Position numbers and translations under genes: made by a program
From: Candidatus Saccharimonadota bacterium
Lineage (GTDB): Bacteria; Patescibacteriota; Gracilibacteria; UBA4473
DNA length: 32,000 bases
Direction of reading: 5' to 3'
Assembly: GCA_030429505.1 (NCBI GenBank)
Contig: JAUIFI010000001.1
Location: forward strand, 690,001-722,000
Shown: positions 22,509 through 31,401 of the stretch, one piece after another
How the letters are laid out: every line of letters starts with the position of its first letter
Position numbering within the stretch: the stretch's first letter is position 1
The notes under the pieces: generated by a model
Databases searched by the model: none
What the model was told of the DNA's origin: nothing
What the model saw: only the letters and a program-made list of their open reading frames with translations

Positions 22509-24993
22509 AAATGTTTTCTTATCTCATACAAGAGTTGTTGTCGTAAAAATAATTGTTTACGCACTCCTAGCTTTAGGATTTTTTATTTTTATAAAACCAA
22601 ATTACTGGGAACTTTCAATCTTTTTGTTTGTAATGTTTATCCTTGGAGAAGTCTTATTCATTACAACTAACTACTGGGAGTATCTTCAAACTTCCTTTCT
22701 CACAAAACTAAAGAGAAATTTAACAGAAATTTTTATTTTTTTGGGTGCGATACTATGGGGCTTGATATACAAAAATATTCCACTTCAGATAACTGATTTA
22801 TCTATAAAAATAATTGAAAACTTTCTGGCTCTGCTGATTGGAATTCTTGCCTTAGGAGTTCCTTTTTTTCTCGATATAAGTCGAAAAGCCTCAACTATTC
22901 TAAAAGATGATATTGTTAAAGCTTCAACCTATGGAAAGAACGATGTTTTTTTTGGAACCTTTTTAATTACATCAATTATTGCATCTTTTGTTTTACTGTT
23001 CGTTCTTAAAAATACAGTAGTTTTTTCTAGTGAAAAGATACTGCCATTTACCAATTTTGATTACTTTTTGATTGCGGAAATCATTGTTTTTATCCTTGTT
23101 TTTTCGTCATTCCTAATAAAGAGATTTAAAGATGGATTAGCATTGGAAAACAACATAATTAAAAATTATGGTGGATACCTTAAAGGAGAGTTAAAAAGGT
23201 GTGTTTTTAGAGCTCCATACATAAATCCCGTTCCTAGCTTTATTCGGGAAAACAAGAAGAAAGGAGTTTTACGAAAATTCGGAGAAAATATTGCGAAGAT
23301 AATCAATTATCTTCACCAAAAGACCTATTTTATTGATGGGAAAATAAAACTATATCTGATTACAGATAAGAATAAAACAGCAATAGATAAAAATGCTTTT
23401 GACGGGAGAATTGCTCCTAAAGTTAAAGCTCTATATAGAATTGTTGATAGAAAAATCAAAAATGAAGAATTTGAGCAAGTTGATTTAGTTTTATCGGTTC
23501 TATTAGACTTCACGAATTCATATGTTTCCCTTTCTGGGTATACGGTGTCTGGATTCGACAACTATTTTACGAGTTTAGTAATTCCAGAAACAAAAAGCTT
23601 ATTTGAAAGAGCCCTTGAAACGAACCATCAAGATGGACTCGAAAAAATAGTTCATTTTGTTGGGAAAACGTCCTTAATTCTTTTACAGAATGTATCTGAT
23701 GAAGAAATCCAATATAATCAAGCAATTCCTACGAGCGGATTAGAAGATTTGTTGTCTTCTTTCTGTACAAAGGCTTTTATGAAAGAAGATAGTCCCGCAA
23801 CTAGCATTGCCATAGACTACCTAAAACAAATAACTCTTTTTTATGCTCAAAAAGGAGAATTTATAAAAGCATCTTTGAGTTTTCGGAATCTAAACAATTT
23901 AGCTGCGTTCTTTGCAGAACTCCCCAAGACGCTAATCCCTCTAAAACTAACAAAGCCACATATGATTCAGTGGGCACAATCTAAGTGCCTTCAGGCGGTA
24001 AAAAGTAGTATTGATATTTTATCTCTGAATTTAGAAGTAGGAACTGCTTGCAAAGACCACTTTTGGAGACAATTTGCAGAAGAAGTTTTAAGAGGTTTCC
24101 AAGAAAATCTTGTAAAACTACATAAAGCATCACTTGAAGCCGAAACACAGGTTGGTTGGGAATACTATGTTCCTATTTTCGATGAAATCAGAAGTATCAT
24201 TTTAAGAATAGAAGACAGGGAAAGGTTTAATGATGAACAACGCGAAAGTCTTTACTTCTTGTTTCCTGATTTATTTTGGAGGCTTGTAAATATTTCAGCA
24301 GAAGCAAACGCTCTAAAAAATGACAGAGATAGAAATGACAATGCTCCTAAAAAAGACCACGTACAAACAATAATGTTCCTATTTGGTTCTATGGTTAATA
24401 TCTATCGAACGACTGAAAACGACAGATTAAAAGCTGAAATTGAGCACGTTTTATCAAAATATTCCACCCTTTTTGATAAGAACATTTCTTTTCTTGAAAG
24501 AACATTTCATCCTGTTAATTGCATAGATGAATTTTCAGTAATAATTGCTACCTCGATTATTTACTATGATGAAGCTAATTGTTTCCAAGAACTCCTAAAG
24601 AAATCTATTCAAAACATCATTGAATATTTTGAAACTTACAATGATGAAAATGACCAATTTAAACACAAAAGACGTCATATTTATAAACGACTACTCATTT
24701 ATGGAGTGTGGCTAAGAAAACATCTTGTGAGAAAGGGTGGAGTGTACAACAAAGTTCGGCGTTTCCTAATTCAGAATGAAGAATTTTTAGAAAGAACGTC
24801 TCTTGGAAGTACCCCTTTCCCTGAATGTGACCACTCAGATTCCTTTGGAAGAATTGATAAAATTTGGAGACTAAAAGATAAAGACTTTTACATTACTAGA
24901 TTTGATGAAAGCTTCGCACAAAAGGCAACTGACTTTGATAATTCTATAGAAAATACTCATTGGGACTTTCTTAGAACAATTAGAAGTTCTTAA
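22495..24993 (+). CDS. Large hypothetical protein: about 6 N-terminal TM helices plus roughly 600-aa helical soluble domain
   Basis: Uninterrupted 832-codon ORF in very AT-rich DNA. Hydrophobic segments occupy the first roughly 210 aa. The remainder is helical with no motif I recognise. Confidence 0.75.
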   Translation: MNLDRNVFLSHTRVVVVKIIVYALLALGFFIFIKPNYWELSIFLFVMFILGEVLFITTNYWEYLQTSFLTKLKRNLTEIFIFLGAILWGLIYKNIPLQITDLSIKIIENFLALLIGILALGVPFFLDISRKASTILKDDIVKASTYGKNDVFFGTFLITSIIASFVLLFVLKNTVVFSSEKILPFTNFDYFLIAEIIVFILVFSSFLIKRFKDGLALENNIIKNYGGYLKGELKRCVFRAPYINPVPSFIRENKKKGVLRKFGENIAKIINYLHQKTYFIDGKIKLYLITDKNKTAIDKNAFDGRIAPKVKALYRIVDRKIKNEEFEQVDLVLSVLLDFTNSYVSLSGYTVSGFDNYFTSLVIPETKSLFERALETNHQDGLEKIVHFVGKTSLILLQNVSDEEIQYNQAIPTSGLEDLLSSFCTKAFMKEDSPATSIAIDYLKQITLFYAQKGEFIKASLSFRNLNNLAAFFAELPKTLIPLKLTKPHMIQWAQSKCLQAVKSSIDILSLNLEVGTACKDHFWRQFAEEVLRGFQENLVKLHKASLEAETQVGWEYYVPIFDEIRSIILRIEDRERFNDEQRESLYFLFPDLFWRLVNISAEANALKNDRDRNDNAPKKDHVQTIMFLFGSMVNIYRTTENDRLKAEIEHVLSKYSTLFDKNISFLERTFHPVNCIDEFSVIIATSIIYYDEANCFQELLKKSIQNIIEYFETYNDENDQFKHKRRHIYKRLLIYGVWLRKHLVRKGGVYNKVRRFLIQNEEFLERTSLGSTPFPECDHSDSFGRIDKIWRLKDKDFYITRFDESFAQKATDFDNSIENTHWDFLRTIRSS

Positions 24994-25142
24994 GTACTAT
25001 TTTCAAACTCGTCTTTGAGATACTTGTCTATTACAGATTCAGTTAGCTTATAGAGATTGTTTCTTAAATCTTCAATTTGTTCATCAGTCATTGATGAACA
25101 ACTCTCTCCAAGTATTTTTCGGCATTCTTCAATAGAAATCAT
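24990..25142 (-). CDS. Small ORF (50 aa), third gene of the XRE cassette
   Basis: Hand translation: MISIEECRKILGESCSSMTDEQIEDLRNNLYKLTESVIDKYLKDEFENST. Its ATG overlaps the upstream TGA (ATGA). It is below the ORF-track size cutoff. Confidence 0.4.
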   Translation of the reverse strand: MISIEECRKILGESCSSMTDEQIEDLRNNLYKLTESVIDKYLKDEFENST

Positions 25143-25312
25143 TCTTGAGATTCTTTAATTTCTTGTAGTACCTCTACCAACTCTCCTATTTTTCGCCCCT
25201 TTTCTAAAAACTTCTCCCACTCCTTGGGGTCTTTTTTGATTTCGTTGATATAGTCCCAATCTATTTGGGATTCTATTTCTTTCCAAGAAACTCTTTTTGG
25301 CTTCTTTGTCAT
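25139..25312 (-). CDS. Small ORF (57 aa), second gene of the XRE cassette
   Basis: Hand translation: MTKKPKRVSWKEIESQIDWDYINEIKKDPKEWEKFLEKGRKIGELVEVLQEIKESQE. Its ATG overlaps the XRE gene TGA (ATGA). Confidence 0.4.
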   Translation of the reverse strand: MTKKPKRVSWKEIESQIDWDYINEIKKDPKEWEKFLEKGRKIGELVEVLQEIKESQE

Positions 25313-25530
25313 TCACCTATTCCAAGCCAAATATCCGAAATTTTAACTTCTAAGCAGTCCGCTATCTTTTCGAGGTTCTTGATAGTGATATTTTTCTCTC
25401 CACGTTCTACCGCCCCAATATAAGTTCTGTGAAGCTTCAATTTGTACGCGAAACTTTCTTGAGAATACCCCGCCTCTTTTCTAAGCGTTCTGACGTGTTC
25501 ACCGAGTTTTTTTGCCAAAGAATTAGTCAT
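25309..25530 (-). CDS. XRE (Cro/CI-type) helix-turn-helix transcriptional regulator
   Basis: LGEHVRTLRKEAGYSQESFAYKLKLHRTYIGAVERGEKNITIKNLEKIADCL is a canonical HTH_3 pattern. Size is 73 aa. Confidence 0.88.
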   Translation of the reverse strand: MTNSLAKKLGEHVRTLRKEAGYSQESFAYKLKLHRTYIGAVERGEKNITIKNLEKIADCLEVKISDIWLGIGE

Positions 25531-25605
25531 CTAAAATATAAAATTTGTTTGACTAATTTTCGTTTTTTGAACATTATGAATCTACAGACTATAAATAGCA
25601 TTATT

Positions 25606-26379
25606 ATGAAAAAATACTTCTTGCTTCCGTTCATCGCTCTATTGGTCGTTGGATGCTCGAATCCAACATTCGACACTTCTTCCGAAGAAAATTTCTCAAC
25701 TTCACTTGAGAAAATAGGAAAATCCGCTGATACATCAGAAAAACAAAAACTCGCTGAGGCGGTAATGTTCTACAGCTTGAAAGATTTGAATATTTTTGCC
25801 GCTGAGGAAGCCGAAACTCCGTCAGAAACAGTAAAGCAAAAGTTTGAAGGAAAAACACTCAAAGAAGTGATTTCACAGTATGAACAGGATAAAAAAAAAG
25901 ACCTCAGTAAAGAAATAGAACAAGAAATCAAAATTCTTGAAGAGAAAAAAGAAATGCAGAGCAAAGCAACGGAGTTGAGCCAAAAGTTCGAGGTATCTGG
26001 ACGATTTGAATTAACGGAAGACTACTTTGGTGGGACAGATGCCAGACAGAAAATCCGAATAAAAAACAACAGCGAAACCACTATTTCGACTTTTAAGGTA
26101 AATACTACGCTTGTTTCAACCGATAGAGACGTTCCTTGGGGGAAGGACGACGTTTACTATAGTATTCCCGGTGGATTAGCTCCGGGAGAAGAAAAAGAAA
26201 TGAGTTTCTATGCCTATGACTGGGAAAACATCGACTTTGGAAATAGCACACCGCTTCTTAAAACAGATTTAGTTTTTGTTGAGGATTCAAATGAAAAGAA
26301 ACTATTTGAAGCAGTTGAGTTCACTAAAGAAGATGCTGAAAAGTTGGAAAAACTAAGAAAAGAACTGGCAAGTAGTTAG
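25606..26379 (+). CDS. Lipoprotein, hypothetical
   Basis: ATG 25606 gives MKKYFLLPFIALLVVGCSNP (lipobox). The track start at 25429 overlaps the XRE gene and is rejected. A possible promoter is TTGACT-N17-CATTAT at about 25549-25577. Confidence 0.7.
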   Translation: MKKYFLLPFIALLVVGCSNPTFDTSSEENFSTSLEKIGKSADTSEKQKLAEAVMFYSLKDLNIFAAEEAETPSETVKQKFEGKTLKEVISQYEQDKKKDLSKEIEQEIKILEEKKEMQSKATELSQKFEVSGRFELTEDYFGGTDARQKIRIKNNSETTISTFKVNTTLVSTDRDVPWGKDDVYYSIPGGLAPGEEKEMSFYAYDWENIDFGNSTPLLKTDLVFVEDSNEKKLFEAVEFTKEDAEKLEKLRKELASS

Positions 26380-26415
26380 CTTCTCTTTTCCCTTTTATAA
26401 ATTAAAATAAAAGGG

Positions 26416-27684
26416 ATGAATATGAAATATGCGGATTTACAAATACCCATAAGACAACAAGACCTAATTTCAGTCAGTAAATTCATAAGTCATTGTAGCG
26501 ATTTTGGAGTTCGAACCGATAAAAAAGAACTTGAATTTTTTGAAGAACAACGGGTCTTTTTCCCTGTGGTAAGAGTTAGTAGAGGTTTTGCAGAATTTAA
26601 AAGAATTTTATTAAAAGAGGAGGATAAAGAAGTTTGGAAATATGTATTTCCTGAAGATTTAGATAAATTTGATGTACTACGAGTCGACAAAAAAAAGTAC
26701 TACAGCCGTGGAGGCTTTTCCCTTGGAGGAAAGAATTGGCTCAAATTTTATGAAGACCAGAATATGGTTCTTTATCCAGCCCAAGAAAAATTTAAAGATT
26801 GGAAATCCTTTAAACCTAAAGAATTAGAGCTAACTGACTTTCTAACGGATACTTCAGAAAAGGAATGGGAACATTTTTATGACCCTCTTCAAGTTTACCT
26901 TTTAAAAGAACTTCAGCTTGAATATAAATTAAACGTCAGAAATCGGTCTATAATTTGTGATAAAGAATCGTGGGAAAGCAAATTTCAAAATTTAGAAAAA
27001 TTCTTTAATCCTGAGACATTAAGAGAACGAGGAGAAAGAAAAAATCGGCATTGGATAAAGATAATTGGTTTAATTCATTCACTCAAAGACCTTGAAGAAA
27101 AACATCAAAAATATGCTGTTCAAGAGTTCAAAAAATTCAGAGAAAGCATTGGAGAGGAAAAATCGAACCAACAAGACATTGATGGTCTGTGGGGGCTGAT
27201 AGATTCCAAATTTAGCCCTAAAATTAAATCAATCATAAAAAAGTATTCCTTAGATGACGAAAAGTTTAAAGACCTGTCTAACTTCTTTTTATCTCAAGCA
27301 AGCATAAAAAGGGATGATGTTTTTTTAAAGACGGTTCTAATGCTCACGAAAAAATTGAGAGGAAAGAGTAGAAATGAATTTTCAAGAACAATTGAGCGGT
27401 ATGTAGGAAAGTTGGATTTTTCTATTTCCATTTTTAATCTTTTCAATTGGGCAATCGAGGTTCAGGGAGAAAGACTTCCTCTTTTAGACACATTAGCAAG
27501 AGCTAGTTCTTCACAAGAAATTTGTCCCTACTGTCACAAGAGGTTTGAACCAAAGAGAAAAGATTCTGTAACTTGTGGAGACGAAGAATGCAAAAAGAAA
27601 CATTCAAGAGAAAGCATAAAAATAGGAAGAGAAAAAGGAATTTATCAAATGAACTACAGGGAAAGGAAGAAAAAAAGTACGTAA
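26416..27684 (+). CDS. Hypothetical protein with C-terminal zinc-ribbon (CPYC...CGDEEC) and basic tail
   Basis: 422-codon ORF. The C-terminus is ICPYCHKRFEPKRKDSVTCGDEECKKKH followed by K/R-rich sequence. No other motif was recognised. Confidence 0.7.
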   Translation: MNMKYADLQIPIRQQDLISVSKFISHCSDFGVRTDKKELEFFEEQRVFFPVVRVSRGFAEFKRILLKEEDKEVWKYVFPEDLDKFDVLRVDKKKYYSRGGFSLGGKNWLKFYEDQNMVLYPAQEKFKDWKSFKPKELELTDFLTDTSEKEWEHFYDPLQVYLLKELQLEYKLNVRNRSIICDKESWESKFQNLEKFFNPETLRERGERKNRHWIKIIGLIHSLKDLEEKHQKYAVQEFKKFRESIGEEKSNQQDIDGLWGLIDSKFSPKIKSIIKKYSLDDEKFKDLSNFFLSQASIKRDDVFLKTVLMLTKKLRGKSRNEFSRTIERYVGKLDFSISIFNLFNWAIEVQGERLPLLDTLARASSSQEICPYCHKRFEPKRKDSVTCGDEECKKKHSRESIKIGREKGIYQMNYRERKKKST

Positions 27685-27736
27685 AAGTTACGTAAATTTA
27701 TACGGGATTGTTTCTATTTATTACCCTTCGGGCGTA

Positions 27737-27757
27737 GCCCTTCGAAGGGGCTTTTTT
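27737..27757 (+). terminator. Intrinsic terminator
   Basis: GCCCTTCGAAGGGGC hairpin (27737-27751) followed by TTTTTT (27752-27757), about 50 nt after the stop at 27684. A second small CCCTTCGGG hairpin sits just upstream. Confidence 0.7.
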
Positions 27758-27781
27758 AGTATCTAATAATTTTTATTAAAA

Positions 27782-28027
27782 ATGAAAGATGAAACAATCC
27801 CGGTAAGCGATTTTACACTCGCGACATTTTTAGCCTCTCAGGGGTACGTAATTGAATACCTCGACAGAAGTGACCCCGAAAGGGTTCAGTTCTGTTTTAG
27901 CTTTGATTCAAAAGAATCCTTTATGGAGGCTATGAATGCCTTTTGGCGTGGCGAAACACGAGTTGAACCAAAACAGTTCCACAACTGTCAGAAGTTCTTA
28001 AAAAATCGGCTTTATAACGAAAAATGA
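27782..28027 (+). CDS. Small mobile-element protein, DUF5659-like
   Basis: 81 aa. SDFTLATFLASQGYVIEYLDRSD..VQFCF..........FW.G...V.P..F matches my recollection of the DUF5659 pattern; this was not verified by a search. It is the first gene after the terminator. Confidence 0.5.
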   Translation: MKDETIPVSDFTLATFLASQGYVIEYLDRSDPERVQFCFSFDSKESFMEAMNAFWRGETRVEPKQFHNCQKFLKNRLYNEK

Positions 28028-28161
28028 AACTCTCACCTGTAGCAGTTCGAGAATTTCAGGAACTCTTAAAAGAAGAGTACGGCGAAGAAGTATCTTTTGC
28101 CGAAGCCGAAAAAACTGCTCAGAACCTTCTTAATGTTTTTATGCTATGCCTCAAAAAATAA
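28024..28161 (+). CDS. Small ORF (45 aa)
   Basis: The ATG overlaps the preceding TGA (ATGA). Translation: MKLSPVAVREFQELLKEEYGEEVSFAEAEKTAQNLLNVFMLCLKK. It overlaps the next gene by 16 nt and is below the track cutoff. Confidence 0.35.
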   Translation: MKLSPVAVREFQELLKEEYGEEVSFAEAEKTAQNLLNVFMLCLKK

Positions 28162-28697
28162 ACCCAATTCCTATATTTCTCAACGATTCCTTTGGAATAA
28201 AGATGCTTGAAACCGCGATTGTAGAAAAAAATAAGCATCGAAAGGAACTACTGAATGAGAAAGAAGTAATAAAAAATTCAAATCTTTACCCTGAAGTAGA
28301 AGGTGAAATTCGTCCTTACTTTTTAGAAAAGGTCTGGGAGGTAAAATTTGGAAACGAAGTCAAAAGACTCGAAAAAGAATTACGGAATCTAACGTATTGG
28401 TATCGCAAAGCTCAATTACCTCACGATGAAGAAACTGAGTGGGAGAAACTATATGAACACGCTACAGAAAGGGTTGATATTAGAAATGTTGTTTCAAGCC
28501 TGATGAACGTAAAAAGCCTCAAAAGAAATATAAAGTGTCCGTTTCACAAAGAAAGAACAGCGTCTTTCAAGGTTTATGAAAAGGACAATCGCTTTGTTTG
28601 CTTTGGATGTGGGGTAAGAGGCTCTCCAATTGATTTTGTAATGAAATACAAAAACTGCGACTTCAAAGAAGCCGTAACTTTCTTAGGAAATTTTTAA
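28146..28697 (+). CDS. DNA primase-type CHC2 zinc-finger protein (no TOPRIM domain)
   Basis: CPFHKERTASFKVYEKDNRFVCFGCGVRGSPIDFVMKY is the DnaG/zf-CHC2 signature. The protein ends about 25 aa later. Confidence 0.75.
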   Translation: MPQKINPIPIFLNDSFGIKMLETAIVEKNKHRKELLNEKEVIKNSNLYPEVEGEIRPYFLEKVWEVKFGNEVKRLEKELRNLTYWYRKAQLPHDEETEWEKLYEHATERVDIRNVVSSLMNVKSLKRNIKCPFHKERTASFKVYEKDNRFVCFGCGVRGSPIDFVMKYKNCDFKEAVTFLGNF

Positions 28698-28705
28698 CAA
28701 CTTAA

Positions 28706-30031
28706 ATGAAAATGCTTAATGAGAATGTCGAAAAAATCATTTCAAAAGTAGAAGAAAAACATTCTTCAGGCGGAGTTCCTGTCAACCAAATGACACAAAC
28801 TCCGGTTACTATAAACACAATCCTCGAAGCGATTAAAGACATCGGGGAAACTCGCGACTGGATTATGAAGGCTATACTTGCCGTCTATGTTTCTACCTTT
28901 TTAGAAAAAGAAAATCCGGTGTGGCTTATGATTGTAGGAAATCCAAGTTCAAACAAAACGACTTTGGTAGATTTGCTCAAAAATTGTCCTGATGTTTTTC
29001 GACTGGACACTATGACGGCGAATCCTTTCAGTTCTGGACAAAAAGAAACGAAGAAAGATAAGGCAAAAGATTTGCTTCCTCTCTTGGATGGGAAATGTTT
29101 CATAATCAAGGAATACGGAACGCTATTTGGGCGAAGCGATGAGATGGTAAAACAGCTCATTTCAGACCTTGTGGCTATATATGATGGCGAATATTCGAAA
29201 CATTCTCCGACACGAGGAACCATTCGCTATGAATCCTTATTCTCACATATTGGTTGTGTTACGCCTATGGCGTTAAATTCGCGACAAAAGTATATGAACT
29301 CCGTTGGAGCGAGATTCTTATTCCTCCGTGTCCCAACTCTATCCGAGGAAGAGAGAACCAAGAATTTGGAACAGATTTGGGACGAGGGGGAGAAAAAAAC
29401 AAAAGCTGAAATAGCGGATTTACTCGCCAGTTTATGTTTTCAATTGAAAGAGAATATCAAAGACAGAAAAGTTCTATTTTCAAAGGAATCTCAGGAAAAA
29501 CTGAATAAATTTGCCAACCTTATCGCTCGTGCAAGAGGGATTGTCTTAACAGAAGCCAGTAGTTTTGAAACCGATGAGGGAAAGAAAAAAACGCACTATG
29601 AAGTCGTAGATATTCAAATAGAAGAACCATTCCGAGCCTTAAAACAAATACGAAAATTAGCGAGGTGTCTGGCTCTTATTTCAGGAAAGGATGAAGTAAC
29701 TGATGAGGAAATTGAAATCGTCCGAAAAATAGTTCTTTCCTCTATGACTGTACGAAGAGCAGATATTTTAAGGGTCTTTGAAAATGGGAAAGTATTTACC
29801 GCAAAACAAGCCTCAAAGGCTCTCAAAAAAAACTATCGAACGGTAAAAAGAAATTTTGATGAAATGGTCGCTTTGGGAATCCTTGAACGGATTGATAGAG
29901 AAAACCAAAAAGCCCACGAATACAAGCTAAACAAAGAGTTTGAACCAATTTTTGAAGTTTCTGATATTGCTGACGCTGAGTACGTCCAAAGTATTTTTAA
30001 CGATAACCAAGACGAAGATGACGAAGAATAA
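28706..30031 (+). CDS. P-loop NTPase, probable mobile-element replication helicase, with C-terminal winged-helix
   Basis: Walker A-like VGNPSSNKTTLVDLL and Walker B-like GKCFIIKEYG. The C-terminal segment is TAKQASKALKKNYRTVKRNFDEMVALGILERID (wHTH-like), followed by an acidic tail. It directly follows the primase zinc-finger gene. Confidence 0.65.
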   Translation: MKMLNENVEKIISKVEEKHSSGGVPVNQMTQTPVTINTILEAIKDIGETRDWIMKAILAVYVSTFLEKENPVWLMIVGNPSSNKTTLVDLLKNCPDVFRLDTMTANPFSSGQKETKKDKAKDLLPLLDGKCFIIKEYGTLFGRSDEMVKQLISDLVAIYDGEYSKHSPTRGTIRYESLFSHIGCVTPMALNSRQKYMNSVGARFLFLRVPTLSEEERTKNLEQIWDEGEKKTKAEIADLLASLCFQLKENIKDRKVLFSKESQEKLNKFANLIARARGIVLTEASSFETDEGKKKTHYEVVDIQIEEPFRALKQIRKLARCLALISGKDEVTDEEIEIVRKIVLSSMTVRRADILRVFENGKVFTAKQASKALKKNYRTVKRNFDEMVALGILERIDRENQKAHEYKLNKEFEPIFEVSDIADAEYVQSIFNDNQDEDDEE

Positions 30032-30653
30032 AAAAACAAAATCCAATTGGATAACCAAACTCGATGATAACGGGTTTCGGGATTTATTTTTGAAAAATAT
30101 GAAACTCAAAAAAAGTCCTGAAATGATTATGGGAGAAATTCGAGAACTATACGAAGAAGGCTCGAATCATCCCTCCTCTAGTCAGAAAAGCAAAGATGCA
30201 ATGGAAGCTGTGAATAAGCGAGGAGAAGAAGTAGCAAAGATGCTCTCTTTGGATACGAAATACATAATGATTGATAGCGTTCATAAAGACTATACTTCCT
30301 TCGCTTTGGACTTCGCAGAACAACTTGAAAGAGAATTTGATGTCAAAACAGCGTCCGAAAAAAGCCTCGTTCAATCTGCTGTATCTGCGTATTGCCGAGT
30401 GATGCGTTTTTCGACTGTACTTAACCAAAACTTCCCACCAAGTTTATTCCCGGAGAGTCTTCGTCTTACAGAGGTGGTTACTAAAGAGATTGATAGGGCG
30501 AATAGACAGTATTTAACTTGTCTTCAGGTCTTAGAACAGAAAAAACGTCCTCCAATGAAAGTAAACGTACGAACGAATACGGCTTTTATAGCTGAAAATC
30601 AGCAAAATATAGCTCATCAAAATTCAAATGAAAAACTCAATGACCACAAATGA
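30018..30653 (+). CDS. Hypothetical mobile-element protein
   Basis: ATG 30018 gives MTKNKKTKSNWITKL and overlaps the upstream gene by 14 nt. The track start at 29940 is an unsupported extension. No motif was recognised. Confidence 0.6.
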   Translation: MTKNKKTKSNWITKLDDNGFRDLFLKNMKLKKSPEMIMGEIRELYEEGSNHPSSSQKSKDAMEAVNKRGEEVAKMLSLDTKYIMIDSVHKDYTSFALDFAEQLEREFDVKTASEKSLVQSAVSAYCRVMRFSTVLNQNFPPSLFPESLRLTEVVTKEIDRANRQYLTCLQVLEQKKRPPMKVNVRTNTAFIAENQQNIAHQNSNEKLNDHK

Positions 30654-30963
30654 TTTATACCAAAAATTTTTAGCCGAGAACTGTAATAAGTTAGAAGTAA
30701 ATAAATTGCTTAGAGAGGCTTCTAAAAGGGTAAAAATTGAACTTATTCAAAGTAGTATCTCTGCGAATGGGGCAAGTTTAAACTTGCTTTCATCTCAGAC
30801 CGGAAAAGGGGGAGAAAGGCTTTGGTTCGAGTGTCCATTGTGTCTAAGAAGGTGCGGAGTCCTCTATGAAAATCCAATAAATCAAATGCTTGCCTGTCGG
30901 AAGTGTTTAAAAATCAAATACCTATCTAATGTGCATCAACGCACGTTCAAATCTATTTCTTAA
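30628..30963 (+). CDS. Zinc-ribbon protein, hypothetical
   Basis: CPLCLRRC...CRKC four-cysteine arrangement. Size is 111 aa. It overlaps the upstream gene. Confidence 0.55.
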   Translation: MKNSMTTNDLYQKFLAENCNKLEVNKLLREASKRVKIELIQSSISANGASLNLLSSQTGKGGERLWFECPLCLRRCGVLYENPINQMLACRKCLKIKYLSNVHQRTFKSIS

Positions 30964-30974
30964 TAATATTTACT

Positions 30975-31376
30975 ATGTCAATTTGCACCATCGCTACCGG
31001 ATTTAAAAAAGAGTTTAATGGCTACCAAGTAGCCAATGAGCTTCAAAAATTACTCCCTTCAATCGAATGGGATGACCACACTTTCAAACCGGAACTGAAC
31101 CTCAAGGAAGTTGATGACACCTCTATTCGAGTTAATTTCAAAGGAGAGCAAGGAGGCGATTGTTATATTTCAATCGCTGAAGATAAAAAAGGATTGTGTG
31201 CTTGCACATATGCACGACGAAGTCCCGGAGCTAGTGCCATTCAGGAAATTGTAGTATTCGATATGATAAAGCACTACGGAGGAATCGCTTTTTATGATAC
31301 TGCCCCTTACAATCAATACTTTTACGACCCGGAAAAAGGAACTTTTGAAGAAAAATCACTTGATGAAACTTTGTAG
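30975..31376 (+). CDS. Hypothetical protein
   Basis: 133-codon ORF with an ATG start, tightly packed in the operon. No motif was recognised. Confidence 0.5.
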   Translation: MSICTIATGFKKEFNGYQVANELQKLLPSIEWDDHTFKPELNLKEVDDTSIRVNFKGEQGGDCYISIAEDKKGLCACTYARRSPGASAIQEIVVFDMIKHYGGIAFYDTAPYNQYFYDPEKGTFEEKSLDETL

Positions 31377-31401
31377 AAAATGAATACTATAAATATCAAT
31401 T

